Shown: positions 30,635-39,441, counted from the first letter of the stretch. The stretch is DNA of 64,000 bases from Ancylobacter sp. (GCF_965229075.1 NZ_CBDDIO010000001.1:1104674-1168673), one strand, 5' to 3'. The notes: generated by a model from the letters alone, not told the origin. Numbers and translations are program-made.

Positions 30635-33136
30635 ATGGCCCATGGCGATGACGTTCTGGTGCGGCTGCGCGAAATAATCGATGACGTCAAAGACCGCTCT
30701 CTTAACGAAGCTGATACCCGGCACCGGGTAATCGACTTCGTTTTGCATGACGTTCTCGCGTGGCCGCGCAATCGAACGGCTGTGGAGGAGTATGTCGCCC
30801 CGGGTTATGCCGATTTCGTATTGAAGCGCGCAGATGGGGACCCACTGATTCTCGTAGAGGCCAAACGGGATGGCTCGTATTTCAATCTTCCAAATCCCGT
30901 GAACCAATCCGAAACGTCCGGATATATTTCTATAAAAAAGTTACTAACAGATAACAATATCAAATCTGCGATGCAGCAAGTTCGATTTTACTGTCAAGAT
31001 CTTGGCTGCGAATTCGCGGCCATAACCAATGGGCACGAATGGATATTTTTTAAAACGTTCGAGCGTGGAAAAAAATGGGAAACGTTGCAAGCTTTTGTAG
31101 CGCGAAGCGTGTCTTTCTTTGATATTGAATATACGCGCGCCTATAATTCATTTTCATATACAGCTATTTCAGAAAGCTTTTCACTTCAAACCGTCCTAAA
31201 TAGCTCTCCCCCGCGAGATAGGACAATCTACTACGCGAAAGATCGTATTCCCTCATATTCGCATCCAATTACGGCGAACAAATTAGCTTCTGCTCTACGA
31301 CCTATTGTTAATCATTATTTTGGTGTTATTGAGGATAGCGATACGGAATTTATGGATCGCTGCTATGTATCTCATAGAGACTATCATCATACATTTGATG
31401 GGATGAGGACTTTAATTGAAGACTCCCTTTCACCTTACTTGAAATCGTATGGTGTCCGGCCCTTAGACGAAACCGGAAAGGGCGGGCAACTTGGAGGGCG
31501 TCTGACTAAAAACATCAAACGAGGACGCAAGGGAGAGGTTCTCGTCCTGTTTGGTGGCAAGGGGGCCGGAAAGTCGACATTTATCAAGCGCCTCCTGCAC
31601 CACACGCCTCCGCGCTGGTTGCGCGACCACTCGGTGATTGCGATCGTCGACCTTCTTAAGGTGCCAGAAGAGCCCGAAGTAATTCGTCGAGCGATCTGGG
31701 ACGGGCTCGTCGCCGGCCTTGACACAGAAGGGCTCTTGGCCGCCGACCGAAGCGCTTTGCTGGACAAGCTTTTTACAGATCGCTTCGAGATTGCGTCGCG
31801 CCAGGAACTGTCAGGGCTTTCAAGGGCATCGGACGCGTACAATGCACGCCTTAATGAACTTGTTTCAGGCTGGAAAGCTGATAAAAAATATTGCGCCAAA
31901 CGTCTAATGAATTATTGGAAATGTCAAGACGTTGGACTTATAGTTGTAATCGATAATACTGATCAATATTCTGGCCCAAATCAGGATTTTTGTTTTACTT
32001 CGGCTCAAGAGATTGCTGACGAACTTGAATGCGTCACCTTAATCTCAATGAGAGAAGAGCGGTTTCATAATTCGAAAATCCATGGCCTGCTGGACGCGTT
32101 CCAGAACGCGGGCTTCCACATAAGCTCCCCGAAGCCCGCAGAGGTATTCCGAAAGCGACTGGAGTACGTTGTGTCACTCCTATCGAATTCATCGAGGAAC
32201 GAGGATCTGACAAATGGAGCTCCTGAGGAACTCGTCAATGACTGCATAAAATATCTGAGCATCATTAATCGGGATTTTCATAACGAAAAATCACCTTTGA
32301 ATAATTTTCTTACAGCGTGCGCTCACGGAGATATAAGACTATCTCTTGATCTTTTCAGAGCATTCCTTCTATCAGGGTACACCAATGTCGAAGAAATGCT
32401 CGCCGCTGGAAAATGGAACTTCCTGATACATCAGGTCATAAAACCTGTAATGATACCTACTAGGTATTATTATGACGAAATGTTAAGCGACATACCAAAT
32501 ATATATCAACTACGAGATAACCGCAGAAGTTCACATTTTACCTCAATGCGCATTCTTAGAAAACTCGCGCACAATGTGGAAAGCGGCGTGGCGACGTACC
32601 TATCAATGGCTGAACTGAAGTCGTACTTCTCAGAAACGTTCGCCATGATAGATGACTTCACAAAGAACGTTGATGTTTTGCTGAAACACGGATTCGTAGA
32701 GGCCGACAATCGGCTCGATGTATATTCGACAGATGTCGACCGCATAAAAATAACGGGATACGGCCTGTATATGATAAGTGAACTGGCTTACTCGTTCACG
32801 TATCTTGATCTTATCTGTACGGATTGCGGCGTCTATGACGAGCCTGTCAGTAATTATCTGGTTGAGGCTGCGAAATCTGAGTATGGACTATTTAATCAGA
32901 ATGAGAGATTTGAGCGTGTTAAGTTGCGCCTTGAGAGAGTTGATAGATTCCTGCAGTATCTTGAGAAGGAGGAACGCGAGGAGCGCACCTTTTTTGGATT
33001 GCGCTTTCCGGACGAAGAGCTTTTTACGTTCAAATGTCGTGAGGCATTTAAAGTTGAAAGTGCGCGTGTCGTTGCTAGCGCTACCAAAAATCGCGCAGTC
33101 AATCGACCGCGTAGTCGTCGCGCTCCTGGCCGCTGA
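30635..33136 (+). CDS. PD-(D/E)xK nuclease (HsdR-N/Mrr-like) fused to a P-loop (STAND-like) NTPase with a helical C-terminal domain
   Basis: The N-terminus reads NEADTRHRVIDFVL...YADFVL...LILVEAKRDG...FAAITNGHEWIFF, which is the HSDR_N-type D...ExK nuclease core (D codon 30812, E 30857, K 30863). Walker A is FGGKGAGKST (31553-31579), Walker B is LIVVIDNTDQ (31937-31966), followed by TLISMRE. About 330 aa of C-terminal helical region follow. I prefer ATG 30635 (GGGGGTGA upstream) over the ORF start at 30509. Confidence 0.7.
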   Translation: MAHGDDVLVRLREIIDDVKDRSLNEADTRHRVIDFVLHDVLAWPRNRTAVEEYVAPGYADFVLKRADGDPLILVEAKRDGSYFNLPNPVNQSETSGYISIKKLLTDNNIKSAMQQVRFYCQDLGCEFAAITNGHEWIFFKTFERGKKWETLQAFVARSVSFFDIEYTRAYNSFSYTAISESFSLQTVLNSSPPRDRTIYYAKDRIPSYSHPITANKLASALRPIVNHYFGVIEDSDTEFMDRCYVSHRDYHHTFDGMRTLIEDSLSPYLKSYGVRPLDETGKGGQLGGRLTKNIKRGRKGEVLVLFGGKGAGKSTFIKRLLHHTPPRWLRDHSVIAIVDLLKVPEEPEVIRRAIWDGLVAGLDTEGLLAADRSALLDKLFTDRFEIASRQELSGLSRASDAYNARLNELVSGWKADKKYCAKRLMNYWKCQDVGLIVVIDNTDQYSGPNQDFCFTSAQEIADELECVTLISMREERFHNSKIHGLLDAFQNAGFHISSPKPAEVFRKRLEYVVSLLSNSSRNEDLTNGAPEELVNDCIKYLSIINRDFHNEKSPLNNFLTACAHGDIRLSLDLFRAFLLSGYTNVEEMLAAGKWNFLIHQVIKPVMIPTRYYYDEMLSDIPNIYQLRDNRRSSHFTSMRILRKLAHNVESGVATYLSMAELKSYFSETFAMIDDFTKNVDVLLKHGFVEADNRLDVYSTDVDRIKITGYGLYMISELAYSFTYLDLICTDCGVYDEPVSNYLVEAAKSEYGLFNQNERFERVKLRLERVDRFLQYLEKEEREERTFFGLRFPDEELFTFKCREAFKVESARVVASATKNRAVNRPRSRRAPGR

Positions 33137-33252
33137 TTGTCGAAGCAGTTGCGCCAAAGTATGCTTAAGACTATGATGGCAAGAGCGTTGAGCGGAGCAG
33201 CCGTATTAGATATGGCGCCGGCGGTCCGACTTTTTGCAACGGCTGATTTTGA

Positions 33253-35313
33253 TTATAACCCCAGCCCTCGCGATCTTCCGAGATCCCACTCGATACCGCC
33301 ATCTCCACGCATGACACCGGAAAGGTGGCGGCCGATCTGCTTGTCGAGCACAGGCTGCCAGGGCACCAGCTGGAAGCCGAGCCCGTCTTCCAGCATGGCG
33401 AAGCGACCGGAGACGAGTTGTAGCTGGCGGGTGACAGTGCCGGAGACATATTCGCCGCGACCGGACGGCCGGTAAGTCAAGCCTGTGGACCTGGCGAGGT
33501 CGGCGGCGACGCGCTCCACCTCGCGGCGCTGAAGCCGGTTGAGGAGGTCGGGCGCCTCGATGCCACCGCCCGGCTGCCGCGTGGCGAGTCCCATGTCGAC
33601 GAGTGTGTTACGGCGCTGGTCGACGGCAAGGCTGACATCCAGGCCAAAGCCGTCGGTAGAGCGGGGCGTGGGTGAGATGATCTCCTGATCGAGCCAGGTG
33701 GCGCCCTCGACACCAATCTGCCGGTCGAGCGAGAGCTGCGAGGCGATCCGAATGTTGGGGCCTTCGCCCGCCAGCGCGCGGTCATAGGCGAGGCCGCGCT
33801 CGGGGAGGTTCTTCGGGATGGTCCAGTGCTCCGCATGAACCCGCTCGACATGACCGGCGCGCCGCAGTGCTTCCAGTCGCCGGACATGCGAGCGGATATA
33901 GGCCTCAGCGTCCTTGCCCTGTTCTGTGAAGCGGTCGCGGATGTGGGCGAGGTGCGTGCTCGGGCTATAAATGCCATCCGCGTCCGCGTTTTGTTGGATG
34001 TTCAGATCGACCGCGCGGGGCTGAGTGATCGGCGGCGTCACCTCGACGATCATGCCGCGCTGGAGACCTTCGAGCCTGGCGGCGTCCGGGAACTCGACAT
34101 GGTGGACGCGAGCGTCGATGCCATCGACCACGAGATAGGTAGTCTCGTTCAGGCCGTCTCCGGCCAGTCCCTTGCCCAGCACCCGGCCGGTGAGTGTCTG
34201 CTCCGGCGCGTGCCCATGGCGGACAAATTGGCTGGTGCCGCGCTCGTCGCCGAGGCCATTGTCTTCGATGGCCTGGTGCATGGAGCGGATGACGTCGTTG
34301 CGGGCTTCGATCTCGTTGAGAATCGCTTCCGTGCGTGGCGCGAGGATCCACTCGCCGGGGAGGTCCTCGGTGGCGAGGCCATAACCCTCCAGCTTGCGAA
34401 GCCGGCCGATGAGGAGGTTCTGGTTCTCCCGGATCAGCCGGTTGCCGCTGGTGAAGAGGTCGACGACGCCCTCGCGCTCCTGTTCCTGGATCAAGATACG
34501 ATCCAGCCGGGTAAGGCGCTCTGCCTCGACCTCGGAGGCGAGCTTCTGCTGCAGCTCCACCTCGCTCTGCGGGCCGAGTTCACGGGTGATGATGTCGCTG
34601 GCGCGGTGGCGTATCCCATGGGCGATGTAGTCGCCCGCTATGGTGAGGGTACGTCCCTCATCGGTGACGCCGCGCACCAGCACATGGGTGTGGGGATGGC
34701 CAGTGTTGTGATGATCGACCGCGATCCAGTCGAGCTTGGTACCGAGATCATTCTCCATCTGCCCCATGAGCTCACGCGTGAAGCCTCTGAGGTCGCCGAG
34801 CTCCAGCCCATCTTCCGGCGCGACGATGAAGCGGAACTGGTGGCGGTCCTCGCGTCCGCGCTCCAGGAAAGCTTTGCCATCGGCCACATCCTCGAACGCC
34901 GAATAGCAGCGACCCTTCTGCCGGTCGGGCGTCACACCGTCGCGCTGGAGATAGCGCAGATGGGCGTCGACCGCCTTGGCGGAAGTGCCGACCGTCTTGC
35001 GACCGCCGCGCCCCCGCACGACGCCGAGTTTCACCACCCGCGCCTTAACCACCACGCGGCGAGAGCGGTGTCGTCCACCGGCATCGACCTTCCAGCCGCG
35101 GTCAACACCGGAAAGCGCGCCCGCTGCCCGGACGCCGCGACCGCGGGCGTTGTAACGCCCGCTTCCTTTCCGGCCTGACCAGCCGCCGGCCTCGCGCGCG
35201 GCAATCTCGACCTGGCGCCGGAACGGTAGCGTCGCAAGGCTGCTCTGTCGCATGCCGCGCTGACGAATCCGGCCGGGGCGGACCCTGAACCTGTCGCTGT
35301 TGTCCTGTGCCAT
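33253..35313 (-). CDS. MOB relaxase / mobilization nuclease with DUF3363-like C-terminal domain
   Basis: It has an Arg-rich N-terminus, the relaxase His-triad motif WIAVDHHNTGHPHTHVLVRG, and a long C-terminal extension as in alphaproteobacterial relaxase/DUF3363 proteins. Confidence 0.8.
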   Translation of the reverse strand: MAQDNSDRFRVRPGRIRQRGMRQSSLATLPFRRQVEIAAREAGGWSGRKGSGRYNARGRGVRAAGALSGVDRGWKVDAGGRHRSRRVVVKARVVKLGVVRGRGGRKTVGTSAKAVDAHLRYLQRDGVTPDRQKGRCYSAFEDVADGKAFLERGREDRHQFRFIVAPEDGLELGDLRGFTRELMGQMENDLGTKLDWIAVDHHNTGHPHTHVLVRGVTDEGRTLTIAGDYIAHGIRHRASDIITRELGPQSEVELQQKLASEVEAERLTRLDRILIQEQEREGVVDLFTSGNRLIRENQNLLIGRLRKLEGYGLATEDLPGEWILAPRTEAILNEIEARNDVIRSMHQAIEDNGLGDERGTSQFVRHGHAPEQTLTGRVLGKGLAGDGLNETTYLVVDGIDARVHHVEFPDAARLEGLQRGMIVEVTPPITQPRAVDLNIQQNADADGIYSPSTHLAHIRDRFTEQGKDAEAYIRSHVRRLEALRRAGHVERVHAEHWTIPKNLPERGLAYDRALAGEGPNIRIASQLSLDRQIGVEGATWLDQEIISPTPRSTDGFGLDVSLAVDQRRNTLVDMGLATRQPGGGIEAPDLLNRLQRREVERVAADLARSTGLTYRPSGRGEYVSGTVTRQLQLVSGRFAMLEDGLGFQLVPWQPVLDKQIGRHLSGVMRGDGGIEWDLGRSRGLGL

Positions 35314-35549
35314 GCCGGCACGATGAGGGGCATCACCTTAGAGTATCAAGCGTAGAAAAGGCGAGTTCGCAAAGCAGCGTGAAAAGACCTGCCATGGCGG
35401 GCTAAGGGCGGAGCGCACATTGCGGTTTAGGTCAATCAACCCCAGTCCGATCAGAGCCTTAGATCAACCGACCGGCTTGCCAGCACCCTGCGATTCACGC
35501 TGGGCACCGTACCTCAACCTGCTGAAACCAATGTGCAGACAAACATATA

Positions 35550-35580
35550 ATGTCGCCAGACATTGCGATCGGCAGATCGC
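35550..35580. promoter_or_regulatory. tandem short hairpins in the AT-rich region upstream of the relaxase (candidate oriT or operator)
   Basis: ATGTC-gcca-GACAT (35550-35563) is followed immediately by GCGATC-ggca-GATCGC (35565-35580). They sit in a 650-bp non-coding, AT-richer stretch between the relaxase and RHH genes. Confidence 0.25.
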
Positions 35581-35970
35581 TTTATCTTGCCCTCAATTTC
35601 CTAAGCCTCACTGTCAATAATCTAATTCCGACAATACCCGCCGAATATACTAATAGGTAATGACCGAGAAGACCACGTTCTGGCCAGCGGGAGCCGCTGA
35701 TACGCTGCCGGCACCGAGGCTACCACGACCGCCGTCGGATGCGAGATCAGCGATGCAGTGGATTGACGGTCAAACGCCATTCAAGCGGCAGCCCAACCCG
35801 CGCCGAGGTCTGCACTGGTGATGCCAATGGATGTCCATCGCCGTGCAGAAACCTTGCAGAGAAACCGTCGTCGAACTGCACAGAGGTAGCGGCCTTTTGT
35901 GCACGCGAGCAGCAATGCTGGGAAGCATGAGGTGCTGGCGGTTGATCGTAGAAGTTCGCCGATCTCGGTA

Positions 35971-36159
35971 TCATTTGCCGCGCTTAGGCTCGGTAACCTC
36001 TTGCGATTTTTCGGCGACGGAGATGCCGCGACGCTCGGCATATTCGAGCAACGCAACTTCAATCAAAGCCGTAATGGATCGCCGCTCCGCGTCAGCAAGC
36101 TGGCGCGCCAGCGCGAGTACGTCAGCATCAATGCGGGTAGTGAAGGGCTGTTTCGTCAT
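35971..36159 (-). CDS. ribbon-helix-helix (CopG/Arc/MetJ-type) protein
   Basis: 62 aa from ATG 36159. MTKQPFTTRIDADVLALARQLADAERRSITALIEVALLEYAERR shows a beta-strand followed by two helices. It could be a relaxosome accessory protein or an antitoxin-type regulator. Confidence 0.65.
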   Translation of the reverse strand: MTKQPFTTRIDADVLALARQLADAERRSITALIEVALLEYAERRGISVAEKSQEVTEPKRGK

Positions 36160-36291
36160 CGGCCTTATTGCTTGCGATCCGGCATAGTTCGAGGCAGAGT
36201 CATGCACGTGCAGTGCACGTACAACGGCCGGGGTGAGTGCGCGAACACCCAACCCGGCCTGACCACAACCAAGCTGATTGGAGCTCGGATC

Positions 36292-36957
36292 ATGGCTGAT
36301 TCTGAGATTAGCACGAGTCTGTCCCGGCCATCCCGGAGGGGCGTTCTCTATGCCGTCCTGCTGACGATCGGCGGCACGTCATTCAACAGTTCGTCTGCGG
36401 CGACGCCGCAAGATGACAGCGCAACGGATGCCGCCGTCCTCGCGTGGAAAGGGTGGCGCGCCGCGCATAGGCGCACGCTTGCCCTGTGTCGGAAACAGCA
36501 ACGTCTGGAGTCCGAACTCGTGCGGAAGATCGGCTTTCCACAGGCGGTTCTGGCTGCAGCCGAACTACCGTCACCGGTGCGGATCGCCTCCTTGCGCCAG
36601 TTCGATGAGCTTGCGGGCAATGTTCCGTCGCTTTGCGCGCGGCGCGCCGAAGTCGCGGAGGCGCTGCGCGCACATCAGCAGCGCTGGGACGACGCAGATC
36701 GTGCCATCGGCTACTCCGTCACCCGGCAGGAAGAGGCGGCGGCATCCGCCGATGAAGAGCGCCTGATCGCGGGGCTTTTTGCGGCAAACGCGACGTCTCT
36801 GCGCGGCCTCTCCGCAAAGCTCGACGTGCTGATCGCCGTCGGCGCGGATGGCGCCGAGGGGCGGCATTTCCCGTGGCCCGAACTACGGCGCATCCGCCGG
36901 GATGTTACGCGCTTGATGCAGCTGCAGCGTCACGATGCAGTCGGCTTCACTGCTTGA
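36292..36957 (+). CDS. hypothetical protein with RR-containing leader
   Basis: 221 aa from ATG 36292. It has the N-terminus SRPSRRGVLYAVLLTIGG, then an Ala/Arg-rich helical sequence with no recognised domain. Its 3' end overlaps the convergent HNH gene by 11 nt. Confidence 0.4.
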   Translation: MADSEISTSLSRPSRRGVLYAVLLTIGGTSFNSSSAATPQDDSATDAAVLAWKGWRAAHRRTLALCRKQQRLESELVRKIGFPQAVLAAAELPSPVRIASLRQFDELAGNVPSLCARRAEVAEALRAHQQRWDDADRAIGYSVTRQEEAAASADEERLIAGLFAANATSLRGLSAKLDVLIAVGADGAEGRHFPWPELRRIRRDVTRLMQLQRHDAVGFTA

Positions 36958-37846
36958 AGCAGTGCTCGCGATGCCAGCGCAGGAAGTGGGGATGCGGACG
37001 CTCGAACGCCCGTTGCGGGGCAATTGCGCGCCCGCTCCGATTGATGAAGGCGCGCACGCCGTCGGGATCGTTGGCGTGCCGGGAGATCAGCACGTCGAGA
37101 TCGTCCGTCAGACTGATCAGCCCCCGGTCAAACATCCAGTGTGCCGTACCTGACAAAGCCAATCCATTGCTGACGATATCCGGACCGTTCGCCTGAACCG
37201 GCTGAATATGCGCCGCCGCGACCTCGGCCCGCCCGCCGCCATTGATGAGTTTCAAGCCACTGATGGCGCACCGCTCATCATAGGCGCGCAGCACGATGCG
37301 GCGGAAGACACGATCCCGCACCATCCGCGACGAAAGATAGCTGACGCGCTCCCTGCTCTCCTCGTACGCGAACGGAGCCTGTTCTTCGCTGAATCCGTTC
37401 GGACGCACATCGGTATCCGTGCGCGGAAGCAGCGGCTCGCGGTCATCGAGGCCTCGCGCGACGATGCGGTCGAAATCACCCGCGGAGAGCGGTCGAACCG
37501 CAGCCTGGGCACGGCCGGAAATCCGCCCATCTTCGTTCAGAACGCCACGCTCAATGACGCCACCATCACCGCCAAAGGGCACCGGGCTGACGAAGTCGAG
37601 ATAACTACCCGGCTCGATCAGCGCGAGAAACATGCCCGGCGCCGTCGGATCGGGAACAACGCGCTCCACCTTCGCGATGGCGAAGTAACCCCGCGTGTCC
37701 GCCACCTTCCGCGGCTCGTAATAGACGATCCAATCGCCAACGCAGGCCTCGACGCGGCCGAGATACTGCCGAGGGAACTGGTACCGCTCAGCCGGGCTAT
37801 CGTCATAGATCGAGTCTGTACGATGGATGAAAACGCCGAATCCCAT
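36947..37846 (-). CDS. HNH endonuclease (HNH_2-type) with an N-terminal PUA-like reader domain; likely modification-dependent restriction enzyme
   Basis: The C-terminus reads CAISGLKL......AAHIQPV...GPD.VSNGLALSGTAHWMFDRGLISL, an HNH_2 core. The N-terminal ~130 aa (GDWIVYYEPRK...RGYFAIAKVERVVPDP) looks like a small beta-barrel. Confidence 0.75.
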   Translation of the reverse strand: MGFGVFIHRTDSIYDDSPAERYQFPRQYLGRVEACVGDWIVYYEPRKVADTRGYFAIAKVERVVPDPTAPGMFLALIEPGSYLDFVSPVPFGGDGGVIERGVLNEDGRISGRAQAAVRPLSAGDFDRIVARGLDDREPLLPRTDTDVRPNGFSEEQAPFAYEESRERVSYLSSRMVRDRVFRRIVLRAYDERCAISGLKLINGGGRAEVAAAHIQPVQANGPDIVSNGLALSGTAHWMFDRGLISLTDDLDVLISRHANDPDGVRAFINRSGRAIAPQRAFERPHPHFLRWHREHCFKQ

Positions 37847-38283
37847 GACACGATCTTACCGCGCTATCCCGCGCTGGCGAGCGCGTAAGGAGCCGTTCGC
37901 TCCAGGAGACAGTACGCTGTGGCGAGGACGAATGCCCGGTTTGGGGCCGGTAGCCGACTGTCCGCTATTGGGGATCTCAAACGAGAAGCGGACATATCGC
38001 CAAATAATACCCGAGGCCGGAGCTGACCCTTTGCTGACATTGGGAGAGTCCGCTCTGCGTACATAAGCCTATCCTCAAGTGTAGTTTCAAGTTGTGGCTC
38101 CACCCCTCAAAACCCGCCTGCAGTCTTGAAAGTAACCTTAGTCTGGCTATCTCTGCTTCCACCTCAGTCCTGGCCGTTCGTAGTTCGGACAAGCGAGTTT
38201 GCAACAGCCTGAGCTGATCCGGCCACTTCTTGGTTTCGAAGGGAGTGTGGCGGCGACTGAAGTTGGATGGGCGTCGCGTGACG

Positions 38284-39441
38284 CTATCGGTTCCAATCGA
38301 CGGCGTTTAGCTGCCGGTACAGGGTTGCCCCGTAGTCCTTGTCTACCTGATGGGCGAAAGCGATTAGCCCCTCGATATGGCGCCGCATGCCAATGGTCGA
38401 GGCGAACCCCCGCTTCGCTCTGTGGGCGGCGGCGCCGACCTTCGGGTTCGCGAGCGCGAAAAGATGAGTTTCGACGTTGTTGCGGAACTCGCGCGTCAGC
38501 CTCGGCTGCTCCCGGTCGACCAGCACGCCGAGCAGAACCTTTCGGGCACCCGGCGGGACGATCGTCGTCTTTTCGCGATTGTTGATCAGCCCGAACTTCA
38601 CCAGCTCATGCTCCACCGCCTTCGCCAGATGCATTGCCTCTCCCCTGGCCGAGGCGTTGCGGCGGGAAAAGGCGAGATCGTCTGCGTACCGCGTGTAGGT
38701 CCAACCGCCCCGCGCTGCCAAGGCTTCGATGCGGCGATCCAGCGGCCACATAACGAGGTTCGCGAGCATTGGGCTCGTCGGAGCGCCCTGCGGCAGATGC
38801 CCTTGCCGATGTCGCCGGTATGGGAGACCCGTGTCCCCGCGCCCTTCCTGCAGCCTGACGTCACTGGTCTGATGTTGCGCCAGGCGCGTGCAGACACGCG
38901 CCATCTGGAATGAAAGCAACGCCCCGTAACCGAGCGACCGGAACACCCGATAAACCCGACGCTCGGGGATGGACTCGAAAAAGTGGCGGACATCCATCTT
39001 CACCAACCACTTCGCTTCGACATGCCGCTTCGCTGCACCGACCAAGTCGCGACCAGGCGCGAACGCGTAGCTTGCGGGGTGCGGCGGGACGGCGTTCAGG
39101 ATGTTCTGTGCGATCCAGCGCTGCGCCCGCATGAGGTCCTGGTGGGGCACGCATATCGTCCGGTAGCGCCGTGGTGGCGCCGCCACGCCGTTGGGCGTAC
39201 CGCGCTTCTTCACCCGGAACACGCGGTATGAGTCCTCCTTGCGGAAGGCGACGGCCTGCAAGGCCTCGATCGGTACTCCGGCCAAATGTGCGAGGTGTCC
39301 TAGGGTCAGGATAACTGGAAGGTCGGGATTGGTCCGCTTGATCGCGTCTGCAGCGGCTTCGGCGGCGGCGATCAGACCCTCGCTTCGCCCTTCAGCGCGC
39401 GCCCCCTCGCGGAACCGTTGAGAACTCCACGGGTGCTTCAT
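38284..39441 (-). CDS. reverse transcriptase, retron-type
   Basis: It has the RT motifs LPQGAPTSPMLANL and WTYTRYADDLAFS (YADD codons at 38677-38688). It also has YRVFRVKKRG...RYRTICVPHQDLMRAQRWI and GLINNREKT...ARKVLLGVLV, which are collinear with retron RTs such as Ec86. Confidence 0.8.
   Translation of the reverse strand: MKHPWSSQRFREGARAEGRSEGLIAAAEAAADAIKRTNPDLPVILTLGHLAHLAGVPIEALQAVAFRKEDSYRVFRVKKRGTPNGVAAPPRRYRTICVPHQDLMRAQRWIAQNILNAVPPHPASYAFAPGRDLVGAAKRHVEAKWLVKMDVRHFFESIPERRVYRVFRSLGYGALLSFQMARVCTRLAQHQTSDVRLQEGRGDTGLPYRRHRQGHLPQGAPTSPMLANLVMWPLDRRIEALAARGGWTYTRYADDLAFSRRNASARGEAMHLAKAVEHELVKFGLINNREKTTIVPPGARKVLLGVLVDREQPRLTREFRNNVETHLFALANPKVGAAAHRAKRGFASTIGMRRHIEGLIAFAHQVDKDYGATLYRQLNAVDWNR

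Noticed and set aside
37977-38204. TTG-initiated 75-aa ORF with a coiled-coil-like stretch, considered as a transposase/IS remnant or small gene
   Set aside because: It has no RBS and no recognisable transposase motif, the C-terminal half is low-complexity, and no terminal inverted repeats were seen. It is noted only as part of the unexplained gap.
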